A stretch of 38,452 bases of DNA from a virus. Taxonomy: Duplodnaviria; Caudoviricetes. The DNA lies in IMG/VR virus record IMGVR_UViG_3300044564_000062, positions 1 through 38,452 of that record; one strand, 5' to 3'. A model generated the notes under the pieces. The model ran no database searches. It saw nothing but the letters and a program-made list of their open reading frames with translations, and was not told where the DNA came from. Positions 1-9,235 of the stretch are shown in pieces. The first letter of the stretch is position 1; each line of letters opens with the position of its first letter. A program made the translations under genes and the position numbers.

Positions 1-33
1 TTTAGTTTTTCTAAATATCGAAAGGAGCCACAC

Positions 34-246
34 ATGGCAAGCAAGACCAAGGACCTGCGCGCGGCCACCGAGGACATCGAGCGCGTGAAGAAGCTCGCGT
101 ACGGGCAGTTCGGCTTCCGCGAGTACCTGGTCAACCCGATCGAGATGGACGCGACCGACCCCTCGCACCACTGCCTCTTCGAGGTCAAGGGCGTCACCTA
201 CAAGGTGGCGGACGGTGCCATCTCCGTCGTTCCCGCCGAGGACTAG
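34..246 (+). CDS. Hypothetical phage protein
   Basis: 70-aa ORF, AAAGGAG RBS upstream, GC3-rich codons. Confidence 0.75.
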   Translation: MASKTKDLRAATEDIERVKKLAYGQFGFREYLVNPIEMDATDPSHHCLFEVKGVTYKVADGAISVVPAED

Positions 247-431
247 TGACGCCCTCGCAGGCGGCCATGTGCAGGCGTATTCGCGCGTCCATGGCCGAGT
301 TCTACAAGAGCCCCGAGAACGAGAGGAAGTTTCAGGAATGGAAGTCATCAAGGAAAGGAGGGAGCGCGTCCGGGTCGGCAAACGCGAGACGCGCCCCGTC
401 ACGGTTCACTACAGAACCATCCCCATGTTAA
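246..431 (+). CDS. Hypothetical phage protein
   Basis: GTG overlaps the previous stop; FYKSPENERKFQEW core looks protein-like; overlaps the next ORF, so the extent is uncertain. Confidence 0.45.
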   Translation: MTPSQAAMCRRIRASMAEFYKSPENERKFQEWKSSRKGGSASGSANARRAPSRFTTEPSPC

Positions 432-535
432 CAGACGAGCAGCGCGAGAACCTGCAGGGATGCCTCGCCCTCCTGCTCATCACCGTCTGCATCGTCATCA
501 CCGGGCTCATCGAGGGGTCGACATGGCCGGCGTAG
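338..535 (+). CDS. Small membrane protein
   Basis: ATG at 338; C-terminal hydrophobic helix CLALLLITVCIVITGLI. Confidence 0.5.
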   Translation: MEVIKERRERVRVGKRETRPVTVHYRTIPMLTDEQRENLQGCLALLLITVCIVITGLIEGSTWPA

Positions 536-924
536 AGCGCGCCCGCCAGATGGTCGCCAAGGCGTGCCACTGGGTGCGGCTGCACCCGGAGAAGTGGCAG
601 AAGCTCAAGGACTTCTGCGGCTACCTCATGGAGGAGGGCGACCTGATCCAGCGCGGCAACGTCTACGAGCTGGCGCGCCGCTACGGCATGGACGTGAGGC
701 TCGCGAGCGAGTTCAAGCGCGACCACAACCTGTGGAGCGTGCTCACCCGCTACATGGTCATGGAGCGCCCGTGCCTGCTGTCCGCCATCAGGTTCCGCGA
801 GACCCCCATCGACCAGGTGGACCTCGCCGCCTACTGGCGCGACATCGTGGGGGACGACGTGTTCGTGGCCTCCTCGGTCGCCGAGGCGCGCGCCATCTGG
901 GACATCCAGAGGGGCGTCAGGTGA
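523..924 (+). CDS. Hypothetical phage protein
   Basis: ATG 523 after GAGGGG; phage-like codon usage; stop overlaps the next start (GTGA). Confidence 0.7.
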   Translation: MAGVERARQMVAKACHWVRLHPEKWQKLKDFCGYLMEEGDLIQRGNVYELARRYGMDVRLASEFKRDHNLWSVLTRYMVMERPCLLSAIRFRETPIDQVDLAAYWRDIVGDDVFVASSVAEARAIWDIQRGVR

Positions 925-1286
925 TCGGCCGCATGGTCATACCCGGCCGCATGCCGGGGCTGAACGACTACGTGCGCGCCGAGAGGGCGAACCGCTACGC
1001 CGCCTCGACCATGAAGAGGCAGCAGACCGAGCGGGCTGGCGTCCTCGCCGTCGAGCAGGGCATGCCGAAGTTCTCCGGCACCGTGGACATCACGTTCACG
1101 TGGGTGGAGCAGAACCGCCGCCGCGACATGGACAACGTGGCGTTCGCCAAGAAGTTCATCCTCGACGGCCTCGTGCGCGCGGGAGTCATCCACGACGACA
1201 CGCCGCGCTACATCGGCAGCCTCACCGACAGGTTCGCCTACGACAGCAGGAACCCGCGCATCGAGGTGGAGGTGCGAGGGGCGTGA
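921..1286 (+). CDS. rusA: RusA-family Holliday junction resolvase
   Basis: RRRDMDN...KFILDGL...GVIHDD...PRIEVEV catalytic pattern; GTGA coupling. Confidence 0.85.
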   Translation: MIGRMVIPGRMPGLNDYVRAERANRYAASTMKRQQTERAGVLAVEQGMPKFSGTVDITFTWVEQNRRRDMDNVAFAKKFILDGLVRAGVIHDDTPRYIGSLTDRFAYDSRNPRIEVEVRGA

Positions 1287-1930
1287 CGGCAGGGAGGACA
1301 TGGACGACCGGCGACCTCAAGAGGGTCGCGGAGCTCGCGGGGACGATGCCGGAGCGGGAGCTGCGCAGGCGCTTGAAGCTGTCCAGCAACCAGCTCGCGT
1401 ACGCGGTGCGCACGCTCCGCCGCATGGGCGTGAACGTCACGACCCGCTACTACGAGCCGCGACTTGAGACCTGTCCCGTGTGCGGGTGCAGGCGCGCCAC
1501 CCTCGGCAAGGATGGCATCTGCGAGCCGTGCAGACTCAAGAGGCAGCTCGCCGACATCGAGTGGCGAATCTCCGACCTCATGAGGGGCCTCACGCCCGAG
1601 CAGCGCGCCGTCTACGAGCAGACGGAGGCGGAGCGCGAGTCGAGAGCCGACCCCATGCCCCAGCCGAGGCCGACGGACGGCCTCAACAGCTACGAGCGCG
1701 CCAAGGCTTCCGAGGACTACGACGCCGCCATGGAGCAGTGGACGGCGGCCTACCTCAAGCGCCGCGTCAAGGCGGCGCAGAAGCGCAAGGAGCGCATCCA
1801 GAAGAAGGTCAACGACAACGACAGGAGGAGAAATGTTCGACCGGAAGGGCAAGAAGGAGCAGCGGCTGACCATCAGCGTCAGGGCGCTGATCGTCAAGGA
1901 CATCGAGAAGGCCGCCGAACGCATCGATAG
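1283..1930 (+). CDS. Putative DNA-binding protein (N-terminal HTH-like region plus CxxC/CxxC zinc finger)
   Basis: WTTGDL...ELRRRLKLS helix pattern, CPVCG...CEPC; the 3' end overlaps the next gene by 98 nt. Confidence 0.6.
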   Translation: MTAGRTWTTGDLKRVAELAGTMPERELRRRLKLSSNQLAYAVRTLRRMGVNVTTRYYEPRLETCPVCGCRRATLGKDGICEPCRLKRQLADIEWRISDLMRGLTPEQRAVYEQTEAERESRADPMPQPRPTDGLNSYERAKASEDYDAAMEQWTAAYLKRRVKAAQKRKERIQKKVNDNDRRRNVRPEGQEGAAADHQRQGADRQGHREGRRTHR

Positions 1931-2168
1931 CGAGTTCCCCGACGAGGGTGCCGAGGACGCCCTGATCGCCGTGGCGCACGTGTGCGTGCAGGCAGGCGCT
2001 CGCATCATGGCGGACGAGATCATCCACGGGGAGCGCAGCGCCGAGGAGTACGCGGGCATGCGCCGCGACGTCAGCGACATCGCCGAGCTGACCGTCCTGA
2101 CGCACGCGCTCGACGCCAAGGGCAAGGGAGTCACGCTCGAAGACATCCTCAAGGAGGTGCTGGGCTAG
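1833..2168 (+). CDS. Hypothetical phage protein
   Basis: AGGAGGAG RBS, 111 aa. Confidence 0.7.
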   Translation: MFDRKGKKEQRLTISVRALIVKDIEKAAERIDSEFPDEGAEDALIAVAHVCVQAGARIMADEIIHGERSAEEYAGMRRDVSDIAELTVLTHALDAKGKGVTLEDILKEVLG

Positions 2169-3454
2169 TGCAGACCATGGAGCTGGTGGACATCGAGGAC
2201 GTCTACCCCTACGAGGAGAACGACGTGCGCATGAACCCGCGCGACGTCGACAGCAAGGAGTGCCGCGAGTACATCGCGCAGCTCGCCGAGCAGTTCAAGT
2301 ACAACCGCCTGAACCCCGGGCAGCCGCGCGTCCGCCCCATCCTCTACAAGGACGGCGGCATCTACCAGATCATCGACGGCGAGTGCCGCTACGAGGCCAT
2401 GAAGCTCATCGGCACCAAGCGTTTCTACGCAGACGTCTACGACGACCTGGACGATGCCGAGACCGCGCGGCGGGAGGCCGCCAAGGCCATGGTGGAGACG
2501 GACGCCAAGCGCGCCCTCACCGCCGAGGAGAAGAGCCGTGGCGTGCAGCAGATGCTCGCGCTCGACCTCCCCGACGAGGAGGTGGCAGCCGTCGCCCGCA
2601 TCGACACCGGCAAGGTGAGCCGCGCCCGCCGGGGCGCGAGGGTCGTGAGCGACGCCGCGTACGACATGACGCTCGAACGCCTCGCCGCCATCGCCGAGTT
2701 CGAGGGCGACGAGGAGGCCGTGGCCAAGCTGCGCGACTGCTCGCCGAAAGAGTGGTACCGCATCTACGAGAGCCTGCGCGCCGAGCGCGAGCGCAAGCAG
2801 GCCATGGACGAGATGGTGGAGGCCGCCAAGGCGGCCGGGGCCACCGTCGTGGAGAGGACGCCGGACGGCTACGTGGCCAAGCAGACGTTCAGCGCGTACA
2901 ACCGCGCGGCGTTCGACAGGCACGTGGAGGCCGGGTGCGAGGGCGAGATCGCCGTCGTGAGCGACTACGGCCTCACCTTCCTCGCGCCCGCCGCAGCCGG
3001 CGACGAGGTTGACGAGGAGAAGCAGCGCGAGGAGCAGGAACGCTCCGACTTCTACGCCGCATTCGATGACGCGCGCAGGGCACGCGCCGCGTGGGTCGGC
3101 TCGCACATCGGCGACGTGACGTCCATGCGCAAGACCGCCCGCTTCCTGACCGGCAAGGCGCTCATGAGCCGCGAGATCGGCGGCTTCGAGGACGAGACCG
3201 GCGCGAAGGTCGAGGCAGCCCCCTGCCCGCTCGCCGTCGCGCTGGGCTACCAGTCGCTGCAGGCCGTCACCTCGTTCGGCGTGTGGAACGCGCACCGCCA
3301 CGGCGACGGCAGCTACCTGTACGGCAGCGCCGCGCGCGACACGCTCGACCTGCTCGACGCCATGGCGGCGGACGGCTACGAGCTGCACGACGCGGAGGAG
3401 AAGACGGCGGCGGCCTGCCGCATCACCATCGAGGAGGAGAGCGATGAGCAGTAA
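2168..3454 (+). CDS. ParB/Spo0J N-terminal domain protein
   Basis: RVRPILYKDGGIYQIIDGECRYEAMKLIG resembles the ParB-N motif; a helix-turn-helix-like region follows. Start is GTG 2168 or ATG 2177. Confidence 0.75.
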   Translation: MQTMELVDIEDVYPYEENDVRMNPRDVDSKECREYIAQLAEQFKYNRLNPGQPRVRPILYKDGGIYQIIDGECRYEAMKLIGTKRFYADVYDDLDDAETARREAAKAMVETDAKRALTAEEKSRGVQQMLALDLPDEEVAAVARIDTGKVSRARRGARVVSDAAYDMTLERLAAIAEFEGDEEAVAKLRDCSPKEWYRIYESLRAERERKQAMDEMVEAAKAAGATVVERTPDGYVAKQTFSAYNRAAFDRHVEAGCEGEIAVVSDYGLTFLAPAAAGDEVDEEKQREEQERSDFYAAFDDARRARAAWVGSHIGDVTSMRKTARFLTGKALMSREIGGFEDETGAKVEAAPCPLAVALGYQSLQAVTSFGVWNAHRHGDGSYLYGSAARDTLDLLDAMAADGYELHDAEEKTAAACRITIEEESDEQ

Positions 3455-4511
3455 GGCAGACAAGCCCATCGAGGTCGAGGCGGAGGTAATCGAGGACAAG
3501 GGACTGACCGTTAGCTTCACCCCCGCCGCCATCGACGCCAACTTCGACGCGCTCGACGCGCGCGTGGAGGAGCTGATCGCGGGGTACGCGGAGGCGCGCT
3601 ACGACCTCACGGACTCCGACGAGATCAAGCAGGCGAAGCGCGACCGCACGTACCTCAACGGCATCGCCAAGGAGATAGACGAGCGCCGCAAGGCGGTGAA
3701 GCGCGAGTACATGCGCCCGCTCGATGACTTCGAGGCGCGCGCCAACGCCATCACCGCGAAGGTCAAGAAGGCGAGCGCCAACATCAAGGAGCAGCTGGAC
3801 GAGGCCGAGGAGCGCCGGAAGGACAGGGCCTACGCCATCCTCAAGGAGTACTACGAGGACCTTGCGGGCATGCTCGCGCCCGTTGTCCCCTACGAGCGCA
3901 TCCACGACGAAAAGTGGCTGAACAAGACCTTCGGCGAGATGAAGGCGAAGGCCGCCATTGACGAGAAGGTGGCCAAGGTCGCCACCGACTGGGAGACGCT
4001 GCAGGCGCAGCGGGAGACGCTGCCCCGCTACGAGGTCGCGGAGCGCGAGTTCTTCGCGTCGCTCGACCTGGGGGCGGCGCTCAACGCCGCCCGCGAGGCG
4101 CAGGAGGCCGACGAGCGCATCGCCGGCATGCGCGCCGAGATGGCCGAGTACGGACGCGACGAGATGCCGCCCGCCACCGAGCCGGAGACGGCACCCGAGC
4201 CCATGCCGGAACCGGAGCCGGCCCCGCAGGTCGCGCCCGCGCCGCAGGTCGCGCCCGCACCGCAAGTAGCAACCGCACCGCAGCCGGCAGCGCCGGTCGC
4301 CGTCCCCGGCGGCAGGTACGTGCCGTGCGTCATGGTCATCCAGGCGGCGAGCATCGAGCAGATGCAGCAGATCGGCCGGTTCTGCGGCGGCCTGAGCCCG
4401 CGCGTCACGGGCAAGTTCGTCACCGGCACGTTGGAGGAGGCGTACATGAAGGAGTGCGCCCAGACGGTCGCGGCTGCAGCCGCGCGGGAGGGGGCGGTCG
4501 CCAATGGCTGA
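3444..4511 (+). CDS. DUF1351-family protein
   Basis: AKRDRTYLN...IDERRKAVKREYMRPLDDFE pattern; typical position before an SSAP gene; P/E-rich linker with PQVAPA repeats. Confidence 0.75.
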   Translation: MSSKADKPIEVEAEVIEDKGLTVSFTPAAIDANFDALDARVEELIAGYAEARYDLTDSDEIKQAKRDRTYLNGIAKEIDERRKAVKREYMRPLDDFEARANAITAKVKKASANIKEQLDEAEERRKDRAYAILKEYYEDLAGMLAPVVPYERIHDEKWLNKTFGEMKAKAAIDEKVAKVATDWETLQAQRETLPRYEVAEREFFASLDLGAALNAAREAQEADERIAGMRAEMAEYGRDEMPPATEPETAPEPMPEPEPAPQVAPAPQVAPAPQVATAPQPAAPVAVPGGRYVPCVMVIQAASIEQMQQIGRFCGGLSPRVTGKFVTGTLEEAYMKECAQTVAAAAAREGAVANG

Positions 4512-5067
4512 GAGCGAGGCTCCGCGCAGCATCATGCAGGCCATCGCGCAGGTGCAGCGTTCCGTTGTCATCCCCAAGGGCAAGTACAACGAGTTCGGCA
4601 ACTTCTACTACCGCAGCTTCGAGGACATCGTGGCCGCGCTCAAGCAGCCGTGCGAGGAGGCCGGCATCAGCTTCTTCATGAGCGACGAGGTGGTGAACAT
4701 CGGCGAGCGGTACTACGTCAAGGCCACCGTCTGCGTGTTCTTCACCGACCAGCCCGGCGAGATGTTCACGGTGTCAGCCTACGCCCGCGAGGCGGAGCGC
4801 AAGAGCGGCAGCGACGAGGCACAGCTGACCGGCATGGCGTCGAGCTACGCGCGCAAGTACGCGCTGTGCGGGGCGTTCGCCATCGACGGCGAGCGCGACC
4901 CCGACGCGTTGGAGCGCGAGGAGCCCGCGCAGCCGCCCGAGGGGCCGTTCCTCGCCCACTGCCGCAGCTGCGGGACGCGCTACCAGTTCAACGACATGGC
5001 CCACTTCGAGGCGTTCACCGCCAACCCCGGATGCTGCCCCGCACCGTCGTGGGAGATCGAGGGGTAG
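4504..5067 (+). CDS. erf: ERF-family single-strand annealing protein
   Basis: KGKYNEFGNFYYRSFEDI and QLTGMASSYARKYALCGAFAID ERF motifs. Confidence 0.88.
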   Translation: MAESEAPRSIMQAIAQVQRSVVIPKGKYNEFGNFYYRSFEDIVAALKQPCEEAGISFFMSDEVVNIGERYYVKATVCVFFTDQPGEMFTVSAYAREAERKSGSDEAQLTGMASSYARKYALCGAFAIDGERDPDALEREEPAQPPEGPFLAHCRSCGTRYQFNDMAHFEAFTANPGCCPAPSWEIEG

Positions 5068-5070
5068 GCG

Positions 5071-5424
5071 ATGCAGGAGCTTCACGAGCAGCTGGACGAG
5101 CTCACAGACATGCTCATGGAAGAGCTCGCCACGTGCAGGACGGCCGGGTGCCAGTACGCCGAGAACGAGGCGGAGTACCGCAAGGCGCTGCGCGTCGCGA
5201 TTCTTGAGGAGCGCGACAAGGGCACGCCGGCAACGATCACGAGCGACCTGTGCAGGGGACGCCCCGACATCGCCGAGCTCAAGCGCCTGCGCGACTGCTC
5301 CGAGGCCATCTACAAGTCGAGCCAGGAGGCCATCAACGTCTACAAGCTGCGCATCAGGATGCTAGACGCCCAGATCGCCCGTATATGGAACAGCGGAAAC
5401 GTCACCCAAGGAGGATACCTGTGA
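5071..5424 (+). CDS. Hypothetical coiled-coil phage protein
   Basis: 117-aa ORF between erf and ssb. Confidence 0.7.
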   Translation: MQELHEQLDELTDMLMEELATCRTAGCQYAENEAEYRKALRVAILEERDKGTPATITSDLCRGRPDIAELKRLRDCSEAIYKSSQEAINVYKLRIRMLDAQIARIWNSGNVTQGGYL

Positions 5425-5957
5425 AAGACTTCACCATCGACGGCTACGTGGCCAAGAACGTCGAGACCCGCTCCACGCAGAGCGGGCAGCTCGTGACGCG
5501 CTTCACGGTCAACAGCCCGAACTACAACCGCGAGACGCGGCAGAGCACGCCCCAGTTCTTCGACTGCGAGTACTGGCACAGCGGGCAGCAGGACGACAAG
5601 GCCCGCAACATCGTGGAGGGCGCGCTGCTGCTCCTGTGGGGCAGCCTCGCCTACGACAGCTGGCAGGACAAGCAGACCGGCCAGAACCGCTCCAAGGCGT
5701 ACCTCAAGGTGCGCGAGATCGGCGTCATCAGGCCGCCGCAGCCCAAGCAGTACCAGCAGCCGCAGGGATACCAGCAGGCCGCCTACGCGCCGCAGCAGTA
5801 CGCCCCGCAGCAGGCGGCACCAGCGCCCCGCTACGGTTCGCAGCAGGTCGCCCAGGCACCAGCGCCCGCCCAGCGGCAGTACGCCCCGCAGGCGGCACCG
5901 CAGGCGGCGCAGCAGCCGCCCGTCATCGACGTGTACGACGAGGACATCCCGTTCTAG
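5421..5957 (+). CDS. ssb: Single-stranded DNA-binding protein
   Basis: OB-fold-like N-terminus, Q/P-rich linker, C-terminal DEDIPF; AAGGAGG RBS. Confidence 0.9.
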   Translation: MKDFTIDGYVAKNVETRSTQSGQLVTRFTVNSPNYNRETRQSTPQFFDCEYWHSGQQDDKARNIVEGALLLLWGSLAYDSWQDKQTGQNRSKAYLKVREIGVIRPPQPKQYQQPQGYQQAAYAPQQYAPQQAAPAPRYGSQQVAQAPAPAQRQYAPQAAPQAAQQPPVIDVYDEDIPF

Positions 5958-5967
5958 GAGGAGAGCA

Positions 5968-6102
5968 GTGAAGAGGTTCCAGCAGGTCGCGGCGGCGGCA
6001 ATCTGCGCGTCGCTGCTCCTGCTCGCCCTCCTCGCCGTCGCGCTGCTGTGCTCGATGCTCCTGGCGGGCATCGTCGGCACGCTGCGCGGGATAGCGTGGT
6101 GA
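5968..6102 (+). CDS. Small membrane protein (44 aa, not in the ORF track)
   Basis: AGGAGGAG RBS, GTG start, MKRFQQVAAAAICASLLLLALL..., TGATG coupling to the next gene. Confidence 0.6.
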   Translation: MKRFQQVAAAAICASLLLLALLAVALLCSMLLAGIVGTLRGIAW

Positions 6103-6803
6103 TGGGCGTGCAGGTATTGGATTCGCTCATCGACGGCCCCCTGCAGCTGGGCAACCGCCGCGAGGGCGACGAGCTCATCGGCATGATCGTGCGCTACCTC
6201 CGCACGGGAGAGGAGCCGTCGCCCCGCACGGACGCCCAGAGGATGGCCCTGGCCATGGTGCGCCCAGTGCTCGACAAGAGCCGCAAGCGCATCGTGGCAG
6301 GGAGCGAGGGCGGAAGCAAGTCGGTAAGCAGAACAGCAAGCAAACAGTCAAGCAAACGGCAAAGCAAACAGGCAAGCAAAACGCCAATCGAACCGGAAAG
6401 CGAAGAGGAAAGCAACGCCGAAAGCAAACAGGCAAGCGATATATATTCCTCTTCCTCTCTTCCTCTTCCAGATTCCCCTTCCGAGGAGGAGGGGTGCGGG
6501 GAGGAGGACGGCGCAATCCCCTACGCGGAGATCGTGGCTTCCCTCAACGAGGCGGCAGGCACGTCGTACCGCCCGACCTCGAAGAAGACGCGGCAGCTCG
6601 TCCACGCCAGATGGGCCGAGGGCTTCCGCCTACCCGACTTCGAGGCCGTCATCGGCACCATGTCGGCGGCGTGGCTCCACGACCCGAAGATGGCCGCGTA
6701 TCTGCGTCCCGAGACGCTTTTCGGCACCAAGTTCGAGAGCTACCTGAACAGGCCGAGGCCAAGGAAGGGGGCGCGCGATGGAGACCCGTTCGCAGCGTAC
6801 TAG
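6102..6803 (+). CDS. Phage replication initiator / replisome organizer (conserved phage C-terminal domain)
   Basis: C-terminal YLRPETLFGTKFESYLN motif; internal iteron array; followed by a DnaC-like loader. Confidence 0.85.
   Translation: MGVQVLDSLIDGPLQLGNRREGDELIGMIVRYLRTGEEPSPRTDAQRMALAMVRPVLDKSRKRIVAGSEGGSKSVSRTASKQSSKRQSKQASKTPIEPESEEESNAESKQASDIYSSSSLPLPDSPSEEEGCGEEDGAIPYAEIVASLNEAAGTSYRPTSKKTRQLVHARWAEGFRLPDFEAVIGTMSAAWLHDPKMAAYLRPETLFGTKFESYLNRPRPRKGARDGDPFAAY
6314..6450. repeat. 12-bp periodic iteron array plus AT-rich tract; putative phage replication origin
   Basis: AAGC at 6314, 6326, 6338, 6350, 6362, 6374, (AATC 6386), 6398, 6410, 6422, 6434, then GATATATATT. Confidence 0.75.
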
Positions 6804-7524
6804 CCGATGCCCGCACTGCGGGCGCGAGCTCAAGCCGATCGTGCTCCCCGCGCTCTTCGGGGCGAGGGAGCCTCACGTGGTCGGATTCGAGCCGTGCGGA
6901 TGCCCCGGGGCGGAGAGCGAGCGCGCCGAGCGCGAGCGCGAGGAGGCGGAGCGCAGGGCGCGCGAGGAGGCCGAGAAGCGCCGCAGGGACTACGAGCGCG
7001 CCGGCATCAGACCGAGGTTCGCGGGCGCGGAGTCGCCCATGGCGGCGGGCATCATGGAGGGCGTCCGAAAGGGGCGCGGGGCCTACATCTTCGGCCCCGT
7101 CGGCACCGGCAAGTCGCACCTCGCCTCCGCCGTCGCCCGCATGGCGGTGGACGAGGGCATGAGGGTGCGCGTCACGGACATGCCCGGCATCATCGCCAGA
7201 CTCAAGGGCACGTTCGGCACGCAGGCGAGCGAGGAGGACGTGCTGGCGGGCCTATCGAGGTGCGGCCTCCTCGTGATAGACGACCTGGGCAAGGAGCCGC
7301 CGACGGACTGGACGCTCACGCAGGTGTTCCGCGTAGTCAACGACAGGTACGAGACCATGAGGCCGGTGGTCGTCACATCGCAGTACGACCTCAAGGCGCT
7401 GGGCGGCAGGCTGTCTCGGAACGGGGACGTGGACACCGCCCTCGCCATCGTGAGCCGCCTCTCCGAGATGTGCGCCAAGCACGAGATGAGGGGCGCGGAC
7501 AGGAGGCTCCATGGCCAAGGTTGA
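6778..7524 (+). CDS. DnaC/IstB-like AAA+ helicase loader
   Basis: Walker A GPVGTGKS, Walker B LLVIDDLG, SRL...GADRR C-terminus. Confidence 0.9.
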   Translation: METRSQRTSRCPHCGRELKPIVLPALFGAREPHVVGFEPCGCPGAESERAEREREEAERRAREEAEKRRRDYERAGIRPRFAGAESPMAAGIMEGVRKGRGAYIFGPVGTGKSHLASAVARMAVDEGMRVRVTDMPGIIARLKGTFGTQASEEDVLAGLSRCGLLVIDDLGKEPPTDWTLTQVFRVVNDRYETMRPVVVTSQYDLKALGGRLSRNGDVDTALAIVSRLSEMCAKHEMRGADRRLHGQG

Positions 7525-7939
7525 CACGCTGCCCGCCATCCTCGTGCCGCTCATGAGCGCGCCGAGCATCACGCTCGACCGCTGCGCGGTGTGCGGGAGG
7601 CCGCGACCGCTGAACCAGCACCACATCGTGCGCAGGGGCGCGGGGAGGCTCTACCGCGCGGGCGTGGAGGTCGAGAAGCCCACGATCACGCTGTGCGGCT
7701 TCGGCAACAACCTCTGCGACGCGGACGGACGCCCCTACTGCCACGGCCTCGCGCACGCGAACAGGCTGCACTTCCGGTGGGTCCCGGGCGAGGCCGTGCC
7801 GGGGAACTTCGGAAACTACGGGCGGATGCTGGGCGGAGTCGGCGGGCACCTTGAGTACCTGCTGCTGGACGAGCCGACGAGCTACGCCGCCGCCCTTGAG
7901 ATGGAAGGGTGGAGGCCACTGAGGAGGTGGCGCGGGTGA
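7511..7939 (+). CDS. HNH-like zinc-binding protein
   Basis: CAVCG...QHHIV...ITLCG...CHGLAH. Confidence 0.6.
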   Translation: MAKVDTLPAILVPLMSAPSITLDRCAVCGRPRPLNQHHIVRRGAGRLYRAGVEVEKPTITLCGFGNNLCDADGRPYCHGLAHANRLHFRWVPGEAVPGNFGNYGRMLGGVGGHLEYLLLDEPTSYAAALEMEGWRPLRRWRG

Positions 7940-8181
7940 GCATGGACCAGTACGAGCCGCCGAGCGGCTGGAACCTCCCGCCCGGGTGCTTCGAGGGCGA
8001 CCCGCGAGCGCCGTGGAACGCCCCCGACCCGTGGGAGGGCAGATCGTGCGGCGAGTGCCGCAGCTGCAGCGAGTGCAAGCTGCTCGACGGGACGAAGGTG
8101 AGGGTCTGCACCTGCGACGGGTGCGACCTTGAGGAGATAGACCCGGAAGCCCCCGCATGCGAGGGCTTCGAGGACTGGTAG
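7936..8181 (+). CDS. Cys-rich hypothetical phage protein
   Basis: NLPPGC...DPRAPWN and CGECRSC motifs; GTGA coupling. Confidence 0.65.
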   Translation: MSMDQYEPPSGWNLPPGCFEGDPRAPWNAPDPWEGRSCGECRSCSECKLLDGTKVRVCTCDGCDLEEIDPEAPACEGFEDW

Positions 8182-8189
8182 GAGGAGAC

Positions 8190-8366
8190 ATGACGGAGCA
8201 GGACAGGGCGCGCGAGGCGCGCATCAGGCTCGACGCGGCGCGCAAGCACATCACCGAGGCCATCGAGGCCATCAGCGGCCCCAAGCCGGACTGGGTGCGC
8301 TGCGGGGCGTTCATCGACATGGCGGGCGACGTGATGCCGTTCGTCAGGGAGGTGGACGAGCGATGA
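8190..8366 (+). CDS. Hypothetical phage protein
   Basis: AGGAGGAG RBS. Confidence 0.6.
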   Translation: MTEQDRAREARIRLDAARKHITEAIEAISGPKPDWVRCGAFIDMAGDVMPFVREVDER

Positions 8367-8575
8367 GCGCGGAGCGCCGGGGCTGCGGGCAGATCGTGCG
8401 CTGCCGCGACTGCAAGTTCGGGGAGGTGGTCCCTTCGACCATGTTCTGCCGGCTGCTGTACGAGAAGCCGGACTGGGGTCTCCCCGAGCACTACGCGGGG
8501 AGCGAACCCTGCGAGCACCTGGAAGTTGGCCCCGACGACTTCTGCGCATGGGGCGAGAAGAGGCGGGAGTCGTGA
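8363..8575 (+). CDS. Cys-rich hypothetical phage protein
   Basis: VRCRDCK...DDFCAWGE pattern; ATGA coupling. Confidence 0.65.
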   Translation: MSAERRGCGQIVRCRDCKFGEVVPSTMFCRLLYEKPDWGLPEHYAGSEPCEHLEVGPDDFCAWGEKRRES

Positions 8576-8766
8576 GCCACGGAAGGCACCACCGCAGACG
8601 GCGCACCGCGCGCAAGCGCCGCATGTGCTCCGAGAAGACGCGGTTCGCGTGCGAGATGGCCGCCATGAGGGCGGGAGCGAGGCTGGGGATGGACTGGTAC
8701 CGATGCCCCTACTGCGGCGGATACCACCTCACGAGCAAGAACCGGATGAAAGGCACCGAGTCATGA
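8572..8766 (+). CDS. Small zinc-finger phage protein
   Basis: C..K.RF...YRCPYCGGYHLT motif. Confidence 0.65.
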   Translation: MSHGRHHRRRRTARKRRMCSEKTRFACEMAAMRAGARLGMDWYRCPYCGGYHLTSKNRMKGTES

Positions 8767-8918
8767 AGGAAGAGGAGATCAAGCGCAACCGCTACCAGCT
8801 CGCGAAGCACGTCTACCGCATGCGGGTGAAGAGCGGCTGCACGTTCGAGGAGATAGCCCGCGCCATCCGGTGCTCAGCCAAGGAGGCGCGCGAGCTGTTC
8901 AAGGAGGCCATGAGATGA
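8763..8918 (+). CDS. Small HTH-like protein
   Basis: GCTFEEIARAIRCSAKEARELF resembles a sigma-region-4-type HTH; coupled at both ends. Confidence 0.55.
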   Translation: MKEEEIKRNRYQLAKHVYRMRVKSGCTFEEIARAIRCSAKEARELFKEAMR

Positions 8919-9235
8919 GGCTGTACGTCATCGGCCCCGTGTCGGGGCATGAGGGGGACAACCGCGAGGCGTTCGAGGAGGCGCGCCGCGAGCTAGAGGC
9001 GGCTGGCTTCAAGGCGACCATCCCCCACGACAAGATCGCGGAGGGCACCGATTGGCAGATGGCCATGCGCCAGAGCATCCGCGAGATGCTGTCCGTCCGC
9101 GCCGGCAAGCCCGTGTACGGTGGCGTGGCGGAGCTGCGGGGCGTGTTCGGCTCGAAGGGCGCGCGCTGCGAGCGCGGAGTCTGCGAGCAGCTGGGCATCC
9201 CGCACAGGACCGTCGCGGAATGGTGCGGCCTATGA
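8915..9235 (+). CDS. DUF4406 / nucleoside 2-deoxyribosyltransferase-like protein
   Basis: MRLYVIGPVSG..NREAF...SKGARCE motifs. Confidence 0.75.
   Translation: MRLYVIGPVSGHEGDNREAFEEARRELEAAGFKATIPHDKIAEGTDWQMAMRQSIREMLSVRAGKPVYGGVAELRGVFGSKGARCERGVCEQLGIPHRTVAEWCGL

Noticed and set aside
1-15. TTTAG-N5-CTAAA palindrome as a repressor operator
   Set aside because: Single short copy at the window edge; cannot be supported without upstream sequence.
4221-4280. 18-bp tandem repeats (PQVAPA) in the DUF1351 gene and Q/P repeats in ssb
   Set aside because: Ordinary low-complexity protein linkers; no spacer structure, so not CRISPR.
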